In this document: positions 1 through 7,850 of the stretch, piece by piece
Layout: each line of letters starts with the position of its first letter
Numbering within the stretch: the stretch's first letter is position 1
Source of the DNA: Verrucomicrobiota bacterium
GTDB taxonomy: Bacteria; Verrucomicrobiota; Verrucomicrobiia; Opitutales; Opitutaceae
DNA: 34,551 bases
Assembly: GCA_031392885.1 (NCBI GenBank)
Contig: JANMVS010000396.1
Span: 1 to 34,551, forward strand
Direction: 5' to 3'
Notes under the pieces: model-generated
Databases searched by the model: none
Told to the model about the DNA's origin: nothing
Seen by the model: the letters and a program-made list of their open reading frames with translations, nothing else
Program-made: the position numbers and the translations under genes

Positions 1-10
1 AGCAATGTAG

Positions 11-253
11 GAACTGGTTTGCAATTCGGCCATCGCGCACAACCGCGTGAGGCGAAGCCTTCTACGCGGCTTGATCACCCCGCACGTGCTGCGTCACGCC
101 TACGCCACCCACTCGCGCGAAAGTATCGATGCCCTCCGCCAATTGATGGGCCACGTCTCGATCGAAACCACCGCCGGTTACCTTCATCCCGTCGTGGCCA
201 AGGCCACCAATCCGCTCGACGACCTTATCGCCGGCCCGCCCCCGTCCGCCTGA
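11..253 (+). pseudogene. C-terminal fragment of a tyrosine recombinase/integrase
   Basis: Frame encodes TPHVLRHAYATH...LRQLMGHVSIETTAGYLH...NPLDDL (HxLRH box, LGH-like box, catalytic Tyr). An in-frame TAG at 8-10 cuts it off from any N-terminal part, and the other frames upstream do not look integrase-like. Confidence 0.75.
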
Positions 254-290
254 CGCGAGCCCTCCCTTTCCTCTCCCGATAGAATGAGCG

Positions 291-1151
291 TCAACCGTTC
301 CGCTGCCGCACGGCCTCGAAGAGCGTGATGATCGTCGCCACGGCGACGTTGAGCGAGTCGGCCTGGCCGGCCATCGGGATCCGGACCAGAAGATTGCTTT
401 CCTTGAGCCAGAAATCGCTGAGACCGAATTGCTCGCTGCCCATGACGATGGCCAGCGGGCCGCGCAGGTCGGCCTGGTTGTAGAGGTTCGGCGTGTCCGG
501 GGTGGTGGCAACGACGCGGACGCCTTTGTCCTTCAACCAGGCGAGAACCGACGCGTTATCCGCCACCACGACCGGCACGGAAAAAAGCACGCCGGTGGAA
601 GAGCGGACCACGTTCGGGTTGAAAATATCGGTCACGGCATCGCACACGATGACGCCATCCACTCCCGCCGCGTCGGCACTGCGCAAAATGGTGCCGAGGT
701 TGCCGGGTTTTTCGATGGACTCGACGATGAGGAGGAACGGATCTGTAGGTCGGGGTTTATCCCCGACATCTGCCGCAACTGTCGGGCGTAAAGCCCGACC
801 TACAACCAAATCGGCCAAAGCATTTTTCCACTGCGGCGCCACCGCCAGCAGGCCGTCGGGCCGGTCGCGGTAGGCGCACTTGGCGAAAGCCTCCTTGGAC
901 AGTTCGAAGAGCTGGGCGCCAGCCTGACCCGCCTGTTCAATCAAGGCCGGCTCGTTTTCCCCCAGAAACCACTCCGGACAAAAATACAGCTCGGTCAGCC
1001 GGATGTTTTTTTCCAGCGCCCGGCGCACCTCGCGATAGCCTTCCACCAGAAACAGGCCCGCGTCGTCGCGGTCGCGCCGGTCGCGGAGCTTCACGAGCTG
1101 CTTGACGCGAGGATTCTGCAGACTGGTGATTTTCTCCGGAGGTGGGCCCAC
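291..1151 (-). CDS. TrmH/SpoU-family RNA 2'-O-methyltransferase
   Basis: N-terminal ITSLQNPRVKQL; SPOUT motifs EKPGNLGTILRSADAAG, GSEQFGLS, RIPMAGQADSLNVAVA. Start reassigned to the in-frame GTG at 1151-1149 because the ORF-track extension to 1250 is translated palindrome. Confidence 0.9.
   Translation of the reverse strand: MGPPPEKITSLQNPRVKQLVKLRDRRDRDDAGLFLVEGYREVRRALEKNIRLTELYFCPEWFLGENEPALIEQAGQAGAQLFELSKEAFAKCAYRDRPDGLLAVAPQWKNALADLVVGRALRPTVAADVGDKPRPTDPFLLIVESIEKPGNLGTILRSADAAGVDGVIVCDAVTDIFNPNVVRSSTGVLFSVPVVVADNASVLAWLKDKGVRVVATTPDTPNLYNQADLRGPLAIVMGSEQFGLSDFWLKESNLLVRIPMAGQADSLNVAVATIITLFEAVRQRNG
744..804. repeat. GTAG-type REP doublet (REPIN-like) inserted in frame in the TrmH gene
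   Basis: TGTAGGTCGGGGTTTATCCCCGACA ... TGTCGGGCGTAAAGCCCGACCTACA; 25-nt arms, 22/25 inverted identity, each arm is itself a hairpin. Confidence 0.85.
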
Positions 1152-1233
1152 GGAACACACGGAATACACGGAAACCAGTCTCAGCAATTTCCTTTTATCT
1201 GTCCCTTCAGTGTGTTCTGTGTGTTCCGTGGGC
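1146..1233. repeat. 88-bp palindromic element with arms of 9-nt tandem units
   Basis: GCCCACGGAACACACGGAATACACGGAA (1146-1173) vs TTCAGTGTGTTCTGTGTGTTCCGTGGGC (1206-1233); 25/28 inverted identity; three CACGGAA-containing units per arm. Confidence 0.9.
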
Positions 1234-2643
1234 AAAAAGAAATTCAACAACCAGCCATTTCCCTATCACCATGAACTGGAGATGGAGGTTTCCACGCTGA
1301 CCAACCTCGGCGTCGGCCTCGGACGCGTCCACCTTGATGCAGACGTGACGGATGGGCCTGCCCTCCGAAGCCCCGCAGAGCGGGGCGAAGGATGGGTCGT
1401 CATGGTGCCGTTCACGCTGCCGGGCGAGAAAGTGAAGGTGCGCGTCTACCGCAACCACAAGAACTACTCCGAGGCCGACCTCCTCCAGGTCTTGACCCCC
1501 TCGCCGCACCGGATCGATCCGCGCTGCCCGCTCTTTGGCCGTTGCGGTGGCTGCCAATATCAACACCTGGCTTACCCCGAGCAGCTGAAGTGGAAGCGAC
1601 AGCAGGTTGAGGAAGTCCTAAAATTCATGGCGGGGGTCGAGTTCACGGTAGCGCCGGTCATCGCCTCCCCGAAAGAGTTTGGCTACCGCTCGAAGATCAC
1701 TCCGCATTTTCATGCGCGGGAAAACTCTGGCGGGCCCGTCTCCCGACGGGCCGCGGCCGGCGGCCAAGGCGTCAGCCTGGACGGTCCGGAGACCGTCCCT
1801 CCAGCGGTTAATCCGCCCCCCATCGGTTTTCTGAAGACCGGCAGCCGGTTTGAACTGGTCGACGTGCCGGAATGCCCGATCGCCACCGCGGAGATCAACG
1901 CCAAGTTGCCCGAGGTCCGCGAGAAAACCCGCCAGCGCCTGGCCGCCGGCGGTTACCAGCGCGACGCCACCCTGCTGCTGCGCCACGCCCAGGAAGGGGT
2001 CATCACCGACTACGATGCCGTCATCACCGAATCGATCCCTCAGATTGGAGCGCAGCCGACCCCGGCTGCGGGCTTTACCGCGGCGGGGTCGCCGCGGCTC
2101 CAGCTGCATTTCCTCGCCCGCGATTTCTTCCAGAACAACCCGTTTATTCTGCCGGCTTTCACCGGCTACGTGCGCGAACAGGCCGCCGGCAGCGGGGCTA
2201 AGTTTCTGGTCGATGCCTACTGTGGCAGCGGGCTCTTTGCGCTGAGTTGCGCGCCCGCCTTTGCCCAGGTTGCCGGCATCGAGATCAGCGAGACGTCGGT
2301 CAGGTTCGCCACGGAGAACGCGCAGGCGAACGGCATTGCCAACGCCTCCTTCCAAACCGGGGATGCCGCGCAGATTTTTGCGGGACTGACTTTCCCGGCA
2401 GCCGAAACCGCCGTGGTCATCGATCCGCCGCGCAAGGGTTGTGACGAGCGGTTCCTCACGCAACTCTTCGCCTACGGTCCGCGCGCCGTCGTTTACGTGT
2501 CCTGCGATCCCGCGACCCAAATGCGCGACCTGAAGGGCTTCCTCGCCGCCGGCTACGCCCTGACGGCGGTGCAACCCTTTGATTTGTTTCCCCAGACCCG
2601 GCACCTGGAGTGTGTGATCACGCTGGTGCGGCCAAGCAACTAG
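1228..2643 (+). CDS. rlmD: 23S rRNA (uracil-C5)-methyltransferase, RlmD/TrmA family
   Basis: TRAM-like N-terminus, Fe-S motif CPLFGRCGGC plus a later ECP, FFQNN, SAM motif DAYCGSGLF, IDPPRKG, catalytic YVSCDPAT, DLFPQTRHLE. Likely start GTG at 1228. Confidence 0.88.
   Translation: MGKKKFNNQPFPYHHELEMEVSTLTNLGVGLGRVHLDADVTDGPALRSPAERGEGWVVMVPFTLPGEKVKVRVYRNHKNYSEADLLQVLTPSPHRIDPRCPLFGRCGGCQYQHLAYPEQLKWKRQQVEEVLKFMAGVEFTVAPVIASPKEFGYRSKITPHFHARENSGGPVSRRAAAGGQGVSLDGPETVPPAVNPPPIGFLKTGSRFELVDVPECPIATAEINAKLPEVREKTRQRLAAGGYQRDATLLLRHAQEGVITDYDAVITESIPQIGAQPTPAAGFTAAGSPRLQLHFLARDFFQNNPFILPAFTGYVREQAAGSGAKFLVDAYCGSGLFALSCAPAFAQVAGIEISETSVRFATENAQANGIANASFQTGDAAQIFAGLTFPAAETAVVIDPPRKGCDERFLTQLFAYGPRAVVYVSCDPATQMRDLKGFLAAGYALTAVQPFDLFPQTRHLECVITLVRPSN
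1357..1396. repeat. Short palindromic element in frame in rlmD (insert 1)
   Basis: CCTGCCCTCCGAAGCCCCGCAGAGCGGGGCGAAGGATGGG with a perfect GCCCCGC/GCGGGGC stem; flanks resemble the intergenic element at 31868-31897. Confidence 0.6.
1727..1804. repeat. REP doublet in frame in rlmD (insert 2)
   Basis: CTGGCGGGCCCGTCTCCCGACGGGCCG ... TGGACGGTCCGGAGACCGTCCCTCCAG, 78 bp; left arm 24/27 identical to intergenic 2777-2803. Confidence 0.85.
2046..2102. repeat. REP doublet in frame in rlmD (insert 3)
   Basis: TGGAGCGCAGCCGACCCCGGCTGCGG ... CCGCGGCGGGGTCGCCGCGGCTCCA, 57 bp; both arms are hairpins with an ACCC loop. Confidence 0.8.
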
Positions 2644-2684
2644 CGCACTGCGGCCTGGGCCGTTCATCGGAAATCCTTGCTGCG

Positions 2685-2755
2685 GTGGGCGGGGTGCTCT
2701 CACCCTGCGAGGCATGTGTCGCGCCCAACCCGCGGGGTGAGCGCACCCCGCCCAC
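2685..2755. repeat. Intergenic GTGG-type REP doublet
   Basis: GTGGGCGGGGTGCTCTCACCCTGCG vs CGCGGGGTGAGCGCACCCCGCCCAC, 23/25 inverted identity. Confidence 0.85.
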
Positions 2756-2776
2756 AGCTTTCTCCCGCCGAAATTG

Positions 2777-2830
2777 CTGGAGGGTCCGTCTCCCGACGGA
2801 CCGCGGGCCCGTACGGAGCCGGGCCCTCCA
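2777..2830. repeat. Intergenic REP doublet, same family as rlmD insert 2
   Basis: CTGGAGGGTCCGTCTCCCGACGGACCG ... GGGCCCGTACGGAGCCGGGCCCTCCA. Confidence 0.85.
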
Positions 2831-2964
2831 TGTCGCCCCCTTGTCATACTTTTCTTTTCCTTTGAGTCCGCCCGCAAAAAGTCTATCTGTTTTCGCCGTG
2901 TCGTGAATCCGGACTGCCGACGGATTCGTTTTTGGAATTACCCACGCTTAGTTTTCCTGAAATC

Positions 2965-5900
2965 ATGAGCCAAACCCCCGCCGGTACCCCCCGCCCCGCC
3001 TCATCGTCTGCCGCCACCCGGGTGGCCCCCCGCTATCCGGGGTTCCGTGTCACTTGCAACGGCAACCAGCTCGTCACCCAATACGTCGAGACCCGCATCA
3101 CCGAGGGCGGCGTGTTTTACCCCATCACGCCCTCGACCGAAGGTGGCGAAATCTACCAGCAGTCCTTCGCCCAGGGGGAACTCAATGTCTGGGGCCAGCA
3201 GAAGGTCGCCGCCGAAACCGAAGGCGAACACGCGGCGCAGGGTGGCGCCACCGCCTACGCCGTGCAGGGACGCCGCACCGTCAACTTCACCTCCGGCCAG
3301 GGTATCGTCTACGCGATGGAGCAATATTACCACGCGCCCGGCAAGCTCTCCACCATGGTGTTGGAGGTCGGGGCGCGCGCGCTCACCAAGCACGCCCTCA
3401 ATGTCCACTGCGGCCACGATGACTTTAACGCCGCCCTCGACACCGGCTGGACGATGCTGATGGCCAAGGATGCCCAGCAAGCCGCCGACCAGGCCATCAT
3501 CCTCCGCAAAGCCAACGAACTTTCGCTCAACCCGGGCATGAACATCCAGGATGGCATGCTCACGACCCACTCCGAGCGCATGTACCTCGCGCCCGAGGCG
3601 GAACTGCTCCGGGAGTACCTCGGGGCGCCCGAGGAGCAGATCGACTGCCCGACCCCGGCCCAGCGCGAGATTTTTGGTCCCAAACGCCGCCGGGTGCCGC
3701 AGATGATGGATTTGAAAAACCCGATCCTCCTCGGGCCGGTGCAGAATCAGGAGCACCATATGAACGGCGTGGTCGCGCGCCGGAACAACTTCAACGAGTA
3801 CATCCTGGGTTTCCTGGAGCAATGCTACACCGAGTTCGGCCAGCTCACCGGCCGGCACTACGGCTTCGTGACGGAATACCAGACCGCCGACGCCGACACC
3901 GTTTTTGTTTCCCTCGGCTGCGCCGCGGAAAACATCGAGGCGGCCTGCGATTATCTCCGCGAGCAACGCAACGCGAAGGTGGGATCGATTCACATCAATG
4001 TCCTCCGGCCTTTCCCGGAAGCCGCCGTCATCAACGCCCTGCGCGGCAAGAAAAACCTCATCATCCTCGAGCGCACCGACGAAGCCCTCGCCGGGGACAA
4101 TCCCCTCGCGCGCGACATCCGCGTCGCGCTCGGCAAGGCCCAGGAGGTCGCGCAATTCGGGGGCGCGCTCCCGGCGCTCACCCCCGCCGAAACCCCGCGG
4201 CTTTTCCGCGGCGTCTACGGCATCGGCTCCCGCGACTTCCGGCCGGAGCATACGCTTGGCGCCTATGAATTTGCCACCGGCGACGCCGCCCGCCAGGACG
4301 GCCGCACCGCCGCCAGCGGGGAGACCTTCTTCGTGCTCGGGGTCAACCACCCGTACGCCGTCATCAGCAAGGACACTCCGTCGCTGCTGCCGGAGGGCGC
4401 CATCGCCGTGCGGTTCCACTCCATCGGCGGTTGGGGCATGATCACGACCGGCAAAAACCTCGGCTCCATCATCGGCGATTTCGGCGCCTTTATTTCCGAA
4501 CAAAAGCCGACCTATGCCGCCGACGGTTCCCTCGAGGAAAAACTCTTCGTGATGGCCAATCCGAAATACGGTTCCGAAAAGAAAGGCGCCCCCACGAACT
4601 ACTACCTCACCGTCGCCCCGTCCCAGATCAAGGTGAACTGCGAACTCAATCACGTGGATGTCGTGCTCTGCTGCGACCCGAAGGCTTTCACCCACACCAA
4701 CCCGCTGGAGGGCCTGAAAAAAGGCGGCTCGCTCGTCTGGGAATCCAGCGAAGCCCCCGAGGTGGCCTGGCAGCGCATCCCCGCCAAATACCGCCAGTTC
4801 GTCCAGGATAACAAAATCCGCGTTTTCATCCTGCCCGGTTTCGACATCGCCCGGAAAGCGACCAACCAGACCGAGCTGCAGCTCCGCATGCAGGGCAATT
4901 CCTTCCTGGGCGCCTTTTTCCGGGTCTCGCCGTTTTTAAAATCATTCGGCATCACCGAGGAGCAGTTCCACAAGGTGGTCCTCAAGCAATACGAGAAGAA
5001 GTTTGCCCGCTTCGGTGACGCCGTCGTGGCCTCGAACATGACCGTGATGACCGAAGGCTTCTCGCTGGTGACGGAGATCAAGCTCGGCCGGAGCGACGAC
5101 CCGGACCGCTCCTCGATGCGCAATCCGCTCCTGGCGCCCCTCGGCGACCACCAGTTTCCGCCGACCGCCGGCTGTGGCCCGGCGGGCTGCGGCAGCATTC
5201 CGATGCCCGCCGCGCAGGCGGCCCGGGCCCCGTTCCAAACCATGGCCAAGTTTGACTCCGAGTTCCGCGCCGGTCTCGGCTACCACCAGCCGGCCGGGGC
5301 GCTGGCCTCCATCGGCGTGATGGGCGCCGGCACCGGCGCGACGCAGTCCAAGTATGTCGCCCGCCGCGAAACCCCGGTCTTCATCGCCGAGAATTGCACG
5401 CAGTGCATGGCCTGCATCACCGCGTGCCCCGACACCGCGCTGCCCAACATGGCCCAGGAAGTCACGACGGTGCTCAAGACGGCGGTCAATAATTACGTGA
5501 CCGACATCACCGACCGCCGGGCCTTCGGCCCGGAGATCGCCGGGCTTGAGCAACGCGCCCGGCTCCGGATGAACGAGTCGGTCAAGGCGAAGTCCAGCGT
5601 GCCGTTCAAGGACATCATCCGCGAGGAGGTTACGGCGCTCACCACGATTTCGGCCCAGGCCAAGGCCGAGTTCACCAACATCATCGCGAAGCTCCCCCTC
5701 GCCTATAATAACGTCCCGGCCATCTTCCGTTCCCTCGAGGCCAAGACCCCCGGCGCTGGCGGCCTGTTCTCCATCTACGTCTCGGATCTCTGCAAGGGCT
5801 GCGGCGAATGCGTCCAGGTTTGCGGCGACCACGACGCGCTCCGCATGACGCGCGAGACCGAGGAACTGAACGCCGAGCTCACGACCGCGCAGGTCTTCTC

Positions 5901-7710
5901 GCGCTTGCTGCCTGATACCCCGCAGAAATTCCTCGGGCTCTACGACGACAACAATGCCGCCGGCTCCCGCGAGGCGGCGCTTCGCAATCACCTCATGGTG
6001 CGCCGGAACTACGAGGCGCTCCTTTCCGGCGACGGCGCCTGTGCCGGCTGCGGCGAAAAGAGCATTCTGCGCTCCGTCGCCTCGGTCACCGAGGCCTACA
6101 TGCGGCCGCTCTACCACCAGAAGGCCGACCGCCTGCGCGCCACGGCGGCGCGCCTGCTGCAAGCAGGTCCGGAAAAACTTGCCGCCCTCAAGGCCCGCAG
6201 TGAGCCCGAGTATCAGCTTTTCCGCAAAACCTACGCCCACGTCATCGTCGGGCTCGGCGGCGAGAATGAGGAGGATACGGCCCAGCGCATCGCCCAGTAT
6301 GAAACGCAACACGGGGTGATCACCGACGCCCAACTGCTCGGCGGCCTGGCCGCGGTGCTCGAACAGGACGCGTTCAATCACAAGGAGCTCCAGTCCGTCG
6401 ATGGCCGGCGGGCGAATGGCATGTCCGTGATGATGATGGGCGCCAGCACCGGCTGTAACACCGTGTACGGCTCCACCGCGCCGGCGAATCCCCATCCCTA
6501 CCCGTGGATGAATTCACTCTTCCAGGACGGCGCCACCATCTCCTGGCTCATGGCCGAGTCCCTGATCGTCAGTCACGCGCGCCGGTCGGTTTCCCCCGAG
6601 CGCCTGGCCGGGGCGCTCCTCGATCGCACGGCGAACGTCGCCACCGCGGCCGAGTATTTTACGCTGACCCACCTCGATGACGCGCTGATGACCGAACAGG
6701 AAATCCGCGAGCTCCCGAAGGTCTGGGTCATCGGCGGGGATGGCGCCTTGGGCGACATTGGTTTTCAAAATGTCTCCAAGGTCATTTTGCAAAACCGCCC
6801 GAACGTGAAGATGCTCATGCTCGACACGCAGGTCTACTCCAACACCGGCGGCCAGAACTCCGATTCCTCCACCATGCTCGGCGGCTATGACATGAACCAG
6901 TTCGGCGTCGCCTCGCAGGGCAAGCTGACGGAAAAGAAGAATGTCGCCGAAGCGTTCACCAGCGGTCACGGCTCGCCCTTTGTCGCCCAGGTCTCGATGG
7001 CCAACTCCGCGAAGCTCTACAAGGCGATGCTCGACGGTCTCGAGTATCGCGGGACGGCGTTCTTCCAGGCCTACACCACCTGCCAGCCCGAACACGGGGT
7101 CGGTGACAACATGAGCGCCGAGCAGGCCAAGCTGGTCCGCGACGCGCGGGGCATGCCGGAGTTCATCTTCAACCCGCGCCGCGGCGAGACTTCGCAGGAA
7201 GCCTTCGACTTGAAGGGCAACCCGAGCATTGACCGCGACTGGTGGCACACGAAATACGCGAGTACCGGGGAGGAATATATTTTTGGGGTCGCGCATTGGG
7301 CGATCACCGAGGGTCGTTTCCGCAAGCACGTGAAGCCCATCAAGGAGGAAGAGGCGGCCAAGCTCCAGCCCCTCGACGAACAATTGCTCTTCCTGACACA
7401 GGATGACGTCATCCACCGCCGGGTGTTCGAGCCGGCGCACCGCAGCTTCGTCAAAAACTTCGGTTGCTTCATCAAGTCCGAGGAGGCGGGCAAGATGAAG
7501 TACTATGCCGTGACCCGGCAGATGGTCCTGTTCGCCGTCGAACGCCGCAAGGCGTGGCGCATGCTCCAGAGCAAAGCCGGCGTGGTGAACAAGGATTACG
7601 TCGCGCAGAAGGCCTTCCTCGCCAAAATCGACAAGGGGGAACTCCCGCTGGCCGACGCGAAGGCCCGGACCCGCGAGCTGTTCACCGCCGAATTCGCCGC
7701 CCTCAAGTGA
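2965..7710 (+). CDS. nifJ: Long-form single-chain pyruvate:ferredoxin/flavodoxin oxidoreductase (2-oxoacid:acceptor oxidoreductase)
   Basis: YPITPS, EGEHAA, FTSGQG, GGWG..T.GK, YGSEKKG, two ferredoxin motifs (CTQCMACITACP, CKGCGECVQVC), ACAGCGE, TPP motif GGDG...DTQVYSNTGGQ. ATG 2965 preferred over TTG 2932. Confidence 0.9.
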   Translation: MSQTPAGTPRPASSSAATRVAPRYPGFRVTCNGNQLVTQYVETRITEGGVFYPITPSTEGGEIYQQSFAQGELNVWGQQKVAAETEGEHAAQGGATAYAVQGRRTVNFTSGQGIVYAMEQYYHAPGKLSTMVLEVGARALTKHALNVHCGHDDFNAALDTGWTMLMAKDAQQAADQAIILRKANELSLNPGMNIQDGMLTTHSERMYLAPEAELLREYLGAPEEQIDCPTPAQREIFGPKRRRVPQMMDLKNPILLGPVQNQEHHMNGVVARRNNFNEYILGFLEQCYTEFGQLTGRHYGFVTEYQTADADTVFVSLGCAAENIEAACDYLREQRNAKVGSIHINVLRPFPEAAVINALRGKKNLIILERTDEALAGDNPLARDIRVALGKAQEVAQFGGALPALTPAETPRLFRGVYGIGSRDFRPEHTLGAYEFATGDAARQDGRTAASGETFFVLGVNHPYAVISKDTPSLLPEGAIAVRFHSIGGWGMITTGKNLGSIIGDFGAFISEQKPTYAADGSLEEKLFVMANPKYGSEKKGAPTNYYLTVAPSQIKVNCELNHVDVVLCCDPKAFTHTNPLEGLKKGGSLVWESSEAPEVAWQRIPAKYRQFVQDNKIRVFILPGFDIARKATNQTELQLRMQGNSFLGAFFRVSPFLKSFGITEEQFHKVVLKQYEKKFARFGDAVVASNMTVMTEGFSLVTEIKLGRSDDPDRSSMRNPLLAPLGDHQFPPTAGCGPAGCGSIPMPAAQAARAPFQTMAKFDSEFRAGLGYHQPAGALASIGVMGAGTGATQSKYVARRETPVFIAENCTQCMACITACPDTALPNMAQEVTTVLKTAVNNYVTDITDRRAFGPEIAGLEQRARLRMNESVKAKSSVPFKDIIREEVTALTTISAQAKAEFTNIIAKLPLAYNNVPAIFRSLEAKTPGAGGLFSIYVSDLCKGCGECVQVCGDHDALRMTRETEELNAELTTAQVFSRLLPDTPQKFLGLYDDNNAAGSREAALRNHLMVRRNYEALLSGDGACAGCGEKSILRSVASVTEAYMRPLYHQKADRLRATAARLLQAGPEKLAALKARSEPEYQLFRKTYAHVIVGLGGENEEDTAQRIAQYETQHGVITDAQLLGGLAAVLEQDAFNHKELQSVDGRRANGMSVMMMGASTGCNTVYGSTAPANPHPYPWMNSLFQDGATISWLMAESLIVSHARRSVSPERLAGALLDRTANVATAAEYFTLTHLDDALMTEQEIRELPKVWVIGGDGALGDIGFQNVSKVILQNRPNVKMLMLDTQVYSNTGGQNSDSSTMLGGYDMNQFGVASQGKLTEKKNVAEAFTSGHGSPFVAQVSMANSAKLYKAMLDGLEYRGTAFFQAYTTCQPEHGVGDNMSAEQAKLVRDARGMPEFIFNPRRGETSQEAFDLKGNPSIDRDWWHTKYASTGEEYIFGVAHWAITEGRFRKHVKPIKEEEAAKLQPLDEQLLFLTQDDVIHRRVFEPAHRSFVKNFGCFIKSEEAGKMKYYAVTRQMVLFAVERRKAWRMLQSKAGVVNKDYVAQKAFLAKIDKGELPLADAKARTRELFTAEFAALK

Positions 7711-7728
7711 GGGTGGAGTACGTTTTGT

Positions 7729-7787
7729 TGTAGGAGCCTGCTTGCAGGCCATAGTCACACGCTATCGCCGGCAAGCAGGCTCCTACA
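7729..7787. repeat. Intergenic GTAG-type REP doublet downstream of PFOR
   Basis: TGTAGGAGCCTGCTTGCAGGCCATAG vs CTATCGCCGGCAAGCAGGCTCCTACA, 24/26 inverted identity; may also act as a 3' mRNA hairpin. Confidence 0.9.
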
Positions 7788-7798
7788 TTCGGAATCAG

Positions 7799-7850
7799 TT
7801 GCACACGTTTGCTTGCTGTGAGGGAAAATCGGTTCAGCATACGTTGTCAT
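7799..7850 (+). promoter_or_regulatory. Two candidate LacI-family operators (autoregulation)
   Basis: TTGCACACGTTTGCTT (7799-7814) and CAGCATACGTTGTCAT (7835-7850, overlapping the ATG); both have a central CG and match the 9135-9150 site. Confidence 0.6.

Noticed and set aside
7-65. Possible degenerate GTAG...CTAC REP truncating the integrase
   Set aside because: Only the outer few bases are complementary and there are no internal hairpins; too weak to call.
1146-1233. CRISPR array or tRNA/ncRNA gene
   Set aside because: Only three 9-nt units per arm and no spacers; no cas genes, tRNA cloverleaf or rRNA-like sequence were noticed anywhere in the window.
1102-1250. Apparent 149-bp head-to-head overlap of TrmH and RlmD, both with TEHTE/SVCSV peptides
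   Set aside because: These peptides are translations of the palindromic element; the GTG starts at 1151 and 1228 remove the overlap.
1350-1396. GGATGGG direct repeat flanking rlmD insert 1 as a target-site duplication
   Set aside because: The 40-bp spacing would shift the frame, and the second copy is part of the element's own end.
1-2830. Integron (IntI-like tail plus palindromes as attC sites)
   Set aside because: The palindromes lack RYYYAAC/GTTRRRY ends, the adjacent genes are housekeeping genes, and the IntI-specific insertion cannot be seen in the fragment.
2841-2890. FNR/Rex site or sigma70 promoter upstream of PFOR
   Set aside because: Half-sites TTGTCA and TTGAGT have no matching partner half-site or convincing -10 at the right spacing.
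1618-7758. Long minus-strand ORFs (419, 564, 517 and 414 aa) and similar ones opposite the PUL genes
   Set aside because: No recognisable motifs; expected antisense open frames in high-GC coding DNA.
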